From positions 2,848,580-2,912,579 of the forward strand of contig NW_002060951.1 in NCBI RefSeq assembly GCF_000150275.1: a stretch of DNA of 64,000 bases. The letters run 5' to 3'. This document shows positions 1-11,574 of the stretch, piece by piece (position 1 is the first letter of the stretch; each line of letters opens with the position of its first letter). The notes under the pieces are model-generated. The model saw only the letters and a program-made list of their open reading frames with translations, did not search any database and was not told where the DNA came from. The DNA is from Trichoplax adhaerens (Eukaryota; Animalia; Placozoa). The position numbers and the translations under genes are program-made.

Positions 1-3000
1 CCTCGTTCAATAGACTATCATTTTAACCTATTGGAAGCATTCTTAAATAACATTTAAATATGTAAATACAAAAGTTATATATGTATGTTGCGGCGATCGT
101 TTGAGATTGGTCTGAATATAGTATTCTCCTAAGGAATACTGTAAAATTGAATAATGCTACCAATATCTCACCTCTGCCGCCGTTTCTCATTCTTTCATGA
201 ATTTCGGAAAATCTATCTAGGCTTTACTTGCCTTTATGTAATATATTTTTAACATTAATATCGAAAATACACCCTACGACATTTCAGATCCTACCCAGAG
301 ATTTTTGATAGCTTTTTTAAGTTGATCATAAATATTCTCTAATTACAAATTATTTTAACGGAAATTCATACTGTATGTCTCGGTAATCTCTATCCAAAAG
401 AAGTTATTCTATAGACATTGTGAATCCTCGATGGAGCAAGTCAAAATTTCTGAATAGATTAAATATGAAAACGAAAGCTTCACGAGTAAAATATTGTTTT
501 ACTGTTAGTACGAATAACCCTTAACAATCATCATATTCCCCAACTATCATTAATATGTAATGATCAATGCCAGCTAAGTAACAATTACCGATGTATGTAA
601 TTTGGACATCGTATGTCTTTCATTCTTCTACTACAAAAGGTTTATCGTCACTTGTGATTTTAAAATTAATATAATTAATGAGATATCAGACCATCTATCC
701 TACGGCTTATTCCAAAGAATTACTGGTATACTCAACTGAAACAATTCCAATAAGAAATCTACAACCTACGATGAAAAAGTCACGAAGCAACAGATGATAA
801 ATTGTAGTAAAAGTACTGTACTGTACAGTATTGTAGTGCTGTACCGTACATTTGTACAGCATACAGTACTTGGTATAAAGTTAAAGGTGCGTTCACACGA
901 TGAACTTTTTTAATTACTGAACCTCTGACAGGTCTATCAAATGGTAATACTGTACTATCTGTTAAATGAGCACATTATCGTAAACCGTCAGCAAAGCGAC
1001 GGGAGTTTGCACTAGTAATAATAAAATTATCATTTTCTAGTGTGTACGGATACTACGTAAATACGAAAATACGTGACATAGAATAGTGCTTACATACTCA
1101 TTTTAGTTTAGGCATGCCGAAGACTAGTCACCAACAACTAATAAATTACAACTTTTAGAAGCACTAGCTCCCCCAGGTGCTATGCTACCTGTTAACGCGA
1201 TTTTGTACAGTGGTGGTATCTGCATGTGAGAACTAAATATTACACATACACATTTTACGTTATCACTTAGGCTAGCTCATATACTGTACAGTACAGCCTC
1301 TACCAGGTTCAGACTCAGTGCAGAAAGGACACAATGATAATTAATTATACTGAACTAGCACGTAATTTCTATAATTACTGTATGAAAGAGTTTTAAAAAC
1401 GGGTAAATTTGTAGAAGCTTCATACCAGAGCCTGGCACGCGCTATTAAAGGTATTACTTTTGTCATATATCTGAATCTTAAACTTGGTTAATGTTAGTAT
1501 AGTAAGATAGTAACTGTACAGTACTGTACTGTAGATATTGTTAAACGATGATATGTATGGAATGATAACGATATCTAATGGTTTATCATATGATTAGGTA
1601 TTGGTGTTATGCGCAAGCGTGAAATAGCTATGCGGAAATTGTGTATCGTACAGTATGCGTATGATATACTGTACAGTATAGCTCTATTAGAATGAAGACT
1701 GCGGGATTTTTGCGGTAACTACAGAAGTAATGCAGAATAAAGTTAGCTTGTAGCTTAGCAAAAGAAGCACGTGTATTTCTTTGAGTTCGGACCGGTTCCT
1801 CAACGAAAATACACAACGACTTTTACATACATGATCAAGGAAGAATTCGTTAACACCTTATTTTTATACCTTTATAACCATATGACATTTTAAAACATGC
1901 TTTCGTTTTATTTAACTATCGAATTAATTATAATATATTATAATACAATTCTACTCTCAGATCAAAATAAACATTTATGATGTTATATCATCCGGTCACC
2001 AATGTGACTCACCATAGCTCTCTGCCTAATGCTACTCTAACTTTAAAATCTATGGTTAAAAGTGATAAAACCGCTGCTCGCACTCTTACGTTTCGAAAAC
2101 TAACCAGGTAGCACTTACCGGTGCGTCTTGCATTCGCGATGGCTATTAATAAGTTTTAAAGTCAAACCCTAGAAAATGGCCTATATCTACCGACTGATCT
2201 TTTTTCACATGGTCGACTGTATGTCGCTCTCTCTAGAATAAATACTCGACCTAACGAAATTGTTGCATTGAGCCACAAGTATACAAAGATCGTATTTCCA
2301 GAAATATTTCAGAAATAGCTGACTTACTCATTCTTAATTAATAAATATTTCCATAAATATTTTAACTGTCTGAAGTCGAATTGTGAATGTAGTGAGCTGG
2401 CTCAACTATTATTAATTAATTAAGACAATATCCGTATTCAGTGACAATATTATTATTTTTAATGTGCATATGTGACATGCACGTTTCAGAATATACTAAA
2501 AAGTACAAGTATAGTAAGCGAGTATTACGAATGAGGGATCTGCTAGTTACAATTACAATTATAGCAATATTTTATTGAAACTGGATATACTGTACACATA
2601 TATGTTTTCGATACAAGAACAGCATAATTACACTCATTCAGTTTGTTAACATAGGATACACTAGGCTATAAAAATTCTACTATATCTATACTAAATTCTT
2701 TACAGCGATGACTGCGCATTTCTTCAGTTCTCTATCTATATTTTGTCTTCGTTTGTGATAACCAACATTGAAGCCCAGATTTAGAAAAGTTTAAGTGATC
2801 TGGACTTATCTCAAAAGTACGATACGTAAATCTCAATATACTAAACTTATCATATCACATAAAATCTATATCTACTATATCTCTGAATTATGAGCATGCA
2901 CAGATACAACAGAAAGTAAAACTTTACGTCATCTACCATTGCCAAAATAGTATATTATTCCGGAGTCATCACATATTCTAATAAGCAGTAGCCATATAAA

Positions 3001-3462
3001 CTACTTACAATTACAGTTGACAACTAGTCATCCTAATAGCTTCTCAACTTTATCCGATCTCCGAATAATCTCTTCAATAATCATAGATATCGCTTATTAC
3101 TTATCGATTACATTGTTTGACATTCATGATTTCCTCTATAGAATTCAAATTTAATAATTCTAACTATACCATGTATTGTCTAATAGATCACACGATAAAA
3201 ACTCGGACTTGATATAAGAACTTTCGCAACAATCAATCTATTGCATCATTTTGACAGTCGTTAAGTCAATTAAATATAATATAGTTAATGCAATTCTAAG
3301 CCAATCTCTTAAATAGTAATTATCTCAACTAGTTTACAAGAGTATTTCCGGACATAGATTGCTAATTAAGTACAAACATATAGAAACTCTGAATAATTAA
3401 TAAATACTAGCGGATCATGATCTTATTACATTTCGAAAGAAATGCGGTATGCCTTTCCAATA

Positions 3463-4240
3463 TTATCCTTTAATACAATCAAAACAGAAGGCTCTTTCTT
3501 CTTTTAAACCGTAGCTATACGTAGATGATAAAAAAATAGCACGCACACTTTAGGACTAGTACTATGCATAGTATTGTACAAATAGTTATTAATCCAGTGA
3601 TTTATACTGCAGTACTGTACTGTAGGACAAAGGACAATCGTGCTGTACTTACTCTAAGATTGAGCATAAGAAACAGCTATAACTGCTACACACAACGCAT
3701 CGCCTGTAACACCGATCACAGATCGAACGATCGCAGAACTTGCATTTTTTGTACAACTGCTTGTCCGTTAGTACTACCTTACCACACGAGGGACACTCTC
3801 TCAATTTATTAGCCTTTCCCTGGTCACCATTTAGGCTACCTGAATTTTCTACGTTGGCAGATCGATATAGTATATTTCTTGTTCTTTCTGATAGCAATAG
3901 TGTAATAAAACATTATAAATGGCTGTCTATGCGTTGCTAATACGTACGAAACACAAAATTAATAATTAATCAAACGTTAGCGTACTGTAATTACAATAAT
4001 ATACGGCGTAGTAGCCGTAGCCATCATTACAATATTCTGTACTGTATAATATACGTACTGTACTTTGCAGTCGATACAGAAGTGCAAATCAAATGAAATG
4101 CACATACAAGTTACAACTACACCCTCACCGTAAACTTTGGCAAGATCAGCTTGATTTGTCCTTTCTGATAAGTGCGTTTTCAGTTGAAGGGGAGAATAAA
4201 AAAAAGAATCACCGTAAACACTATCTATCCCTCTCTTCAT
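3463..4240 (-). CDS. SIVA1: Apoptosis regulator Siva-like protein (3 exons: 4240-4129, 3887-3653, 3514-3463)
   Basis: Spliced translation MKRGIDSVYGDSFFYSPLQLKTHLSERTNQADLAKVY/ERTRNILYRSAN...CPSC...CKFCDRSICDRCYRRCVVCSSYSCFLCSIL/DYGLKEERAFCFDCIKG*. The PLQLK and VYERT segments and the C-terminal Cys clusters match the Siva family. Both introns are GT-AG with compatible phases. Confidence 0.88.
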
Positions 4241-4294
4241 TATTATCAACTGCAAAAGGAAATAGAATAGAAAATAGAATAAACTTGCAGTCCA

Positions 4295-5070
4295 GTGTAC
4301 AGTACTGTACTGTACTGTACAGCATATTGTATTGTACTATTGTGATCCGTTTTCTTCTTCAATACTGTACTGTACAGTAGTGCTGTAGACGTCGAGCGAT
4401 TGGACGTCCAACGGACGTTCGATTTTGGACGTTCGGTATGTACGTTCGTTGTCAGATCGGACGTCGACGAACTGTACTGTACAGTACTGTACAGTATACT
4501 GTACTGTATACTGTACAGTCAGTTTGTATAATCCCACCCCAATACTATACAGTACATACTGTACTGTACGTTCAATGAACGTCCGACGTTCAAATTGGAC
4601 GTTCGTACTGTACGTTCGTTCATTAAAACTGGCTAACGTCCACAGTACTAGTCATGACTGCAGTATACTGTACGCTGTTACGTACAGTACTACTGTATGT
4701 ACAGTACAGTGTATAGTATACAGTACAGTAGTCTTATACCGTACTGTACAGTGTACACTATGTATATACTGTACTGTAGTGTTAACACTGTACACTGTGT
4801 ACTGTACGTTGGTACGTTCAATGAACGTCCGACGTTCAAATTGGACGTTCGTACGTTCGTTCATTAAAACTGGCTAAGGTCCACAGTACTACTGTACAGT
4901 ACAGTACAGTAGACCATAGCTGAGAGCGGGTAAGCAATGATTCAAACAACTTTTGCCATTCTCGTACTGTACAGTACTGTACAGTAAATTAGTATACTGT
5001 ATTACTGTACTGTACTGTACAGTCATTTAAGGAATGTAATTTATAGATCTGTACTGTACTGTACTGAACT
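4295..5070. repeat. CAGTA/TACTG pentamer array in the divergent SIVA1 / zinc-knuckle gene promoter
   Basis: Dense degenerate (CAGTA)n/(TACTG)n runs with palindromic junctions such as TACTGTACAGTA, lying between two head-to-head start codons (4240 on -, 5330 on +). Confidence 0.9.
4566..4891. repeat. ~80-85 bp direct repeat (4566-4650 and 4812-4891) rich in ACGT motifs
   Basis: GTACGTTCAATGAACGTCCGACGTTCAAATTGGACGTTCGTA...CGTTCGTTCATTAAAACTGGCTAA(C/G)GTCCACAGTACTA occurs twice. The copies differ by one 5-bp unit and one substitution. A more degenerate relative lies at ~4388-4472. Confidence 0.9.
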
Positions 5071-5329
5071 GTAAATAATCGTACCTTACCAATTAATTTT
5101 CTAGAGAATTTAGGACGACCTTCACACTACGAGTAAAACCAAACTTTCTTCTCTTTTATGGTATAAAGGATTTCGTAACTAAGTGATATGAACCTGGTAT
5201 AAACTGAACTGAACTGATACTTCATTTGCTAGACGGAAGATTCTTGTACGAAGCCTTCCTTCCCATTACCTGTATATTTTAACGGCTCATGATACTATTG
5301 TACTGTACTGTACAGTATTGTATATTGCA

Positions 5330-6628
5330 ATGGCATTACATAAACAGAAGGCATATATGTATGCGAAGGAATTTAATCTACGCTCAATTCGAGACAATTT
5401 ACAGGCTTACAATCTAGTAACTAGACAATTTGATCAACGTGATATAGAAAGCAACGTAAATATTCACAGATTGGACAAAGGAAAGGTTTACGGATCACTG
5501 ATAACAATGCAAAGGCATCCTCTAATGGATACCAAAGAATCGACACCAACAGTGAAGAGAAAACAACGCAGAAGAAAAAGGCGAAAAAAAAATAGTGGTA
5601 CTAAGACTGTTACGAATTCCGATAACACTGGCATGAAGCCTGTAGGGTCTACTGAAAGCCATGTTAAGAATCACAAGGAGCACCTTAAATTACCAGATAT
5701 ATTTCGAAGCGGTACGACTGCAATTGAAATGGAGTCTGAAAATTTTGCGAAAGTTACTCCTAACGATGATACTGAAATAAGATCAAGTTACTTTGGTTTA
5801 GTCTCGTACAGTTCCAGTAGCAATGAAGCATCTGATGCTTGTGAAAGCTGCAACAATTTCAGTAATGATCGAATTGCGAGCGTGTGCCGTCCAAAGTCCG
5901 AGATAAGAACCTCGGGTAAAACAGAAACTTCCAGTGAAACAGAAGAATATGACTTCACTAATAATAACTGGAGAAAAAGTCACAGTAATTTATCTAGTTT
6001 TAAATGTTGGAAATGTAAACGTATCGGTCACTTAGCTAATGATTGTACAGTAACTCCTAATATCGATAGATCTTTACCTTTAGCCTCTAATAATAATAGT
6101 TATCAACGAGGAATTAATACATTTAATAAGCGACACGCTTCATCTAAATTAATCCACCTTTACCGTAAATGTCGAAAAATTAGAAAGCTTAAAGATCCAT
6201 CATGTATACGATGCGGTACAGATACAAATGTTGCACTTTGCCTTGATTGCGATACCATGTTCTGCGATGGAAATGGTCATTTAGTTGATCATCTCTTGGA
6301 ACATCCAGATCATAATAAGTTATTCTCCTTTAAGCTTCGTCGCTTAATAAAGTGTTGTAAACCAACATGCGATATTATTGATATTTACAAACTCCGAAAA
6401 TGCTCGATTTGCTTAGATAAATTCTCCTCTAGACATTACAGTATGATAAATGCCCTTTGGTCTCAAACAGGAATAAGAAATATGCCGAACGCTGTCTGCT
6501 GTGAGGATCATTTTGAATGGCATCGAATGAATTGTGGAACGATTAGCGAAGAAATGTTTGCAGATCAAAAATTACTAGAAAAGAAGAAATCAAGCGGAAA
6601 CGGTTTTGTTAGCGAATTTTTTTTTTAA
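5330..6628 (+). CDS. Intronless CCHC zinc-knuckle protein with basic NLS-like segment and C-terminal Cys/His-rich (zf-UBP-like) domain
   Basis: Single open frame of ~432 codons from ATG 5330. Contains KRKQRRRKRRKK, a CX2CX4HX4C knuckle (CWKCKRIGHLANDC), then CIRC...CLDCDTMFCDGNGHLVDHLLEHPDH...CCKPTC...CSIC...CCEDHFEWHRMNC. Confidence 0.85.
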   Translation: MALHKQKAYMYAKEFNLRSIRDNLQAYNLVTRQFDQRDIESNVNIHRLDKGKVYGSLITMQRHPLMDTKESTPTVKRKQRRRKRRKKNSGTKTVTNSDNTGMKPVGSTESHVKNHKEHLKLPDIFRSGTTAIEMESENFAKVTPNDDTEIRSSYFGLVSYSSSSNEASDACESCNNFSNDRIASVCRPKSEIRTSGKTETSSETEEYDFTNNNWRKSHSNLSSFKCWKCKRIGHLANDCTVTPNIDRSLPLASNNNSYQRGINTFNKRHASSKLIHLYRKCRKIRKLKDPSCIRCGTDTNVALCLDCDTMFCDGNGHLVDHLLEHPDHNKLFSFKLRRLIKCCKPTCDIIDIYKLRKCSICLDKFSSRHYSMINALWSQTGIRNMPNAVCCEDHFEWHRMNCGTISEEMFADQKLLEKKKSSGNGFVSEFFF

Positions 6629-8469
6629 TTCGTAACTTAACTATGACTATATCTCAAGCATTTTTAAGTTACAGATAGCGATGCTTCTGTCGCCGTCGCG
6701 GTGATAGAGTATTAATATTTTACGGTCTTGAAGTCATTAATAAACTAATATTGACAATGTAAGGGTAATGAGCTGAGCATTCTGTAACGGATGATTGTAA
6801 ACATAAAATCAGGTAATGTTTAATTAATTTTCTGCAAGTATTGTACCATACGGACTACTTAAAAGTCCCTGATTATGCTCTACATCTGAAAGGAGGCTAC
6901 GAAAGTATAGCATTGAAGTAATGTATTTAAACTTTATTATTTCGCTTCTCTAACGGTATTTTAAAACGGAGAAATGGACAAATAGTAATTACCAAAAACA
7001 TTTCATCTTTGATATGCTTGATCTCAGCTCTAAAAAATAAACTTTTTCGCGTGACATCCACTTTTACATATCACAACAATATTCGCAGTAAAGACTTGAC
7101 CAGATACAGTAGTGTTAAAACTTAAAATGTAATGCATTGTTAACCTACTGAGAAAATTTTTTGCTAAAATACTTTTAGATGTTTGAGTAGACAACCATCC
7201 GAATACACTACTAGCTAGACACACTAGATAGTGCAGTCATGCTGTAGTCGTATGAGAAATTAATAGTTAACTTGACTGAATTGAAATTGTGATCAGTGAC
7301 TTCTGAGTGACTTCGAGATTACTGCACTCCGGGTAGTTTTGACTACCTTTGAGCGCGTATCTGACTGCAGAGAGAAAGCAGAAGTAAAAGTAAATGAATT
7401 AATAGCAAACTAGCTTCGTAGTATCCGTTGTAAAACGAATACAGTTAAATTTTATTTTATAGTCCACTAAGATCCAATTGCCAAACTTAATATCGTGCCC
7501 TAAGAGGGCGAAATTATTAATTTTTATTATTATTTTAAATTGCCTTAGTCTCTCAGTATATGATTGAGTACAATATCAACTATAATTATTACAAGAATAA
7601 GAAATTTCATTCGCATGGTATGATGTGTGGGTTAACGTAAGGTACAGTCGTAGTAGGTATTATATTAACTTAAACCACTAAAATTCTAGGGCTGGATGAA
7701 TTAGTAAAGTACGAATGACGTTAACGTTTATGTTAACCCATGATGATCAGTCGATATAATATTCCTAGTCGGAAATCAGCTTGGTGTACTGTAGATTTGG
7801 AGTAAGAAAATGGCGTTCGAATAACCATAAATACGCGTTAAAAAATTTTCTACAGATGACTGTACGGTGCATTATCTTGTAGGCATTATGCATTAGTTCA
7901 TGTCACTATATTTACAGTATATAGCATTATATTATAATTATCCAAAAATGATTATCAAAGCAGTTTGGAAAATATAATAACGTTTAACGGAAATACCGTA
8001 ACTTGTATCGATGGTTTATTTCAACCTTAATATCTGCTACTACAATTTTCATCTTCGTGCAGTTGATATACCGTGAAGATACCTTTACAGTTAGTTTTAA
8101 ACGACGAATTGGCGAAGAGACAAACCGCTGGTACGTTGCGTTTCCCTTTTAAAGCTGTACCCATTCCATACAGTGCAATCATGATATAGCCTCATTCCAG
8201 TGTATTACCGTAATCTATGTTATAACAAATCTTTTAGTATACAGTACATATTAACGCATTACTCACATTAGACTATACGACTACTCTGCGTGTGCTTTAT
8301 GGAATCATCACATCGACTTTAGTACTTTTTAAATACTGTACGCGTGTGCACTCACGTTATATGTACTGTATGCATGTTGGCACCAAAGATAAACTAAAAA
8401 GCTGCTTCTGTTCATATAACCTTACTAATACTTACGATTCTTTAAAATTTTGATACTGTTTTTCAAAGA

Positions 8470-9622
8470 TCCTGAGTATGAGAGATATTACTGTCAAAAG
8501 CTAAGCAAATGTTTTCGCATCCCGTCTACACTTCGGATCTGCCACAATACAAGATAGATCTCACTATTTAACAAACAATTAAATACACCAAAAATTACTA
8601 ACAGTTGTAACGGCAATAGTGTAAAATGTGACTAGGTCAGAAAATCATGTGGTAACATAGAAAACTGTATTACAATAGTGGTTAAAACATTTGGTCGTAC
8701 CCACCTGGTCATTCGTCTAATTAAGTCCGTACGTAACACCTATTTATCCGCCTCTGTGATAATTGTAGATGATGCTTTATTTGTTTATAATATGAACTCT
8801 ATCAAGAAAATCAAATATGACTCTATAAAGAATGCCAGTAGCGTTTTATATCTGGGGATGAAGTACAACTCTGGTGCTAGTGCAGGACTCAATCCTGGAT
8901 CATCCTTCGTTAATCCTCCTTACATTCTACTCGTTGATGATGACTTCTATTTCCACGAAGATACAAATTTGGAATATGTAACTTATAGTACCCACAAGCG
9001 TATAATTCGATACGGTTTATAAGCACCGTATATTTTGCGTAAAAGATATTTGTTGCCTATTGGATTTAATGATGCCTCAAATTCTTACAATTTCTTATAC
9101 CTCACCTATACTAATTTATAATAATTTGCAGCTTTTATCGGTACTAGAAGATACTGATATTGATAAATAGTTGGGGAAAACTTAAACATAGTGAGGATTT
9201 TTCCGGCTTACTAATTATCAGTACAAAACCCTTGGGTAAAACACAACTAGTCATACATACATCTAAATTTTACAATATCTCCATACCGCGGTATCTTGAC
9301 TGCAAAATGTGCGACATTGTCCAAAATTTTTTCCTTGCCAAAACGGATAGAGTGCGAAAAGCAAGTGGTTGGAACCCCGCCTTAAAAAGCTTTTGAACAC
9401 GAAGATTTTTTCATACAAATGAAGCTGTCTTGTTTAAAAGTAGCTATTTGTCCCACTGTTACAGCATATCACGGACCTGAGGCCCATTCCTGGATTGGAT
9501 ATCGAGAAAAACGGGATCAAGCCTTCCAAATTTCTGTCCGGTATCGGATTAAATACGGTATAAACTATTACGTACAGTACTCTGTGAGAAGACATCCGAA
9601 AATGTACAATGCGAAAAGATAG
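8470..9622 (+). pseudogene. Disrupted GT2-type glycosyltransferase, beta-1,4-N-acetylgalactosaminyltransferase (B4GALNT1/2)-like
   Basis: Motifs ITIVVKTFGR, IIVDD, YILLVDDDFYF, CDIVQNFFLAKT, GWNPALK and EHEDFF appear in the correct order, with an intron at 8978-9131. Lesions: in-frame TAG at 8633 and +1 frameshifts near 9168 and 9393. Confidence 0.75.
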
Positions 9623-11574
9623 ACTATTCCTTCAAGATATACAGTAGTTACTTACAATACACCCTCTGAAATTATGACTTGTAAAGAATTACTTAATCCT
9701 GCAACAGCATCACAATCTATCACTAATCTATTTGTTTTTGTCTTATTAAATTAAACGCATACATCCCACCCTTGAAATGAGCAGCTCGGAGGTATTTATA
9801 CTACTGTTAAATGACTTTGATTATGGGTTCAGTTCAATAGGTCAGTATAAGATTCTTACAGTACTTTTTACCTAAAGATTTCTTCATGTAAAACGAATAG
9901 CTCTAAGGTAGTAATTTCTGCAGAGTACTGATTATTAAAATAGTATTCGTTATATCGCTAAGGGTGGCCACTGGGCCTTTAAATTTTGATTTCATGTAAT
10001 ATTCTGATGAAAATTGATTAAACATAGAATCTTTATAGAGTTTTCTACACAGCCATTCTGATTTTTACATTTTCTTATAACGGTTACTAAGTTAACTGAA
10101 ATATTTCAGTTTATACATACCCTAATTTGCTTTAAAATGACAACCTTATAGGTAATTTACTATTTTCTTATTTATGTGCATCGCGTAATATCTAGAATAT
10201 AACACTGTATTATGATCAATTACAAGGCTGAGGTTTGTGCAACTTGTTTGACAGAGACAATCTTTTTAAATGAAACGGATCAGCAATTGTTATACCCGTT
10301 TAATGCGTGTGGCTCTACCAGCGTTAACTGCATTTATACTTACACTATTGATTTATCAAATTTATCAACTTTCTAAAATTTCGTACCTAGTGAATTGACG
10401 AGAAGATGAAGAGCTAAAAACATATGGATATAATCGGCTAAAGTATCTGATGTTGCAAGATAGCAAGAAATAAATACTTCATTATTTAGCCTAAATGTTG
10501 CATGAACCACCATATTTGAAGTATTGTGTATGTGAGACTAGTATCACTTACAGTAAGATAAGCCTTATCTTTATTCGGTTAGAGTAAGTTTAACTCATAA
10601 GACAAATAATAGCCACTGCCCAGAAAGTTTGGATATACGTGTACGTATTTACCTTACTAAGCCCTATAAAAACCTGTTACTTTCAAGGTCAGCTACCCAC
10701 TAATAATATAAAATTCTAATAGTTATTAAACAAAATTTAGCATAACATGAAAGCTTTGAATTACTTTATGTCCAGCAATAAATTTAAATCAATAATGAAT
10801 AAATACATATCTGTTATGGACAGTGTGAGCATTTATCGAAGTCTAAGATTTTCCTATCATCATACACATACGAAAGTAACATCAGATGGCGATTCAAATG
10901 ATATAAATTGGATTTCATTCAGTTACGAATACTTGTACAAGTAAATGATATTTGATAATACCTAATAATTTGATGCGAATGAGGAAAATATACCTTTAAG
11001 GACCTTATTGTCCTTATAGGAATTTCCATTTTACAAATTTAAAATGTTAAGTTGTAATTACGAGACGATTTAATAAGACCAACACTCCTATATTAGCTCG
11101 AAGTATTTTTATACTGACGACCTTCCGGAAATCAAAACTGAATATTGGTAGCCGAACCCCAAAATAAATACACCAATCGTAGCCGCATAATGATAGATAG
11201 TAAGATATTAAAAGCTTACTTTCAAAGTAAGATTTTATCTTCCTTTAAGCTTTAGTTAAATATTTGGGTAATCAATGAAATTAAAATTACAATTATCAAA
11301 GAATTACTTTGTTTTTAACTTAATTATGCAAAACACTTATATAAATATCATAGGGTAATACGCGAAATTAACCTAGATTTGTAAAAGAGAGGTTTTAAAA
11401 CGTTTGAATACAGCGAAGACGTAACAAATATTTACAGTAGTAGCAACAGAAGGTTACTGCAGTATAGTTTTAATGTAAATGATATAAACACTCGTATAGA
11501 AAGAATTGTGACCGATGAATTGATTATTTTCTTAAAATAAATTTAGATTTGAAAAATTTCGTATTTAGAAGTCA

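Noticed and set aside
4337-4877. ORFs rich in YSTVQ/YCTV repeats here and at 32.7-33.8, 38.2-38.5, 40.0-40.2, 55.9-56.2 and 61.4-61.9 kb
   Set aside because: They are translations of the CAGTA pentamer, which has no stop codon in perfect repeats on either strand. No independent coding evidence.
4566-4891. Repeat-spacer-repeat layout resembling a CRISPR array
   Set aside because: Only two long copies, a low-complexity spacer, eukaryotic context and no cas genes.
9955-10110. Sequence with a transposon-end-like look (TAAGGGTGGCCACTGGGCC...)
   Set aside because: No matching inverted terminus, target-site duplication or transposase found in the window.
11105-11230. Minus-strand hydrophobic stretch (AATIGVFILGFG) as a possible alternative or fourth syntaxin TM exon
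   Set aside because: Needs a frameshift and lacks a convincing in-frame acceptor; AT-rich DNA often encodes hydrophobic runs by chance.
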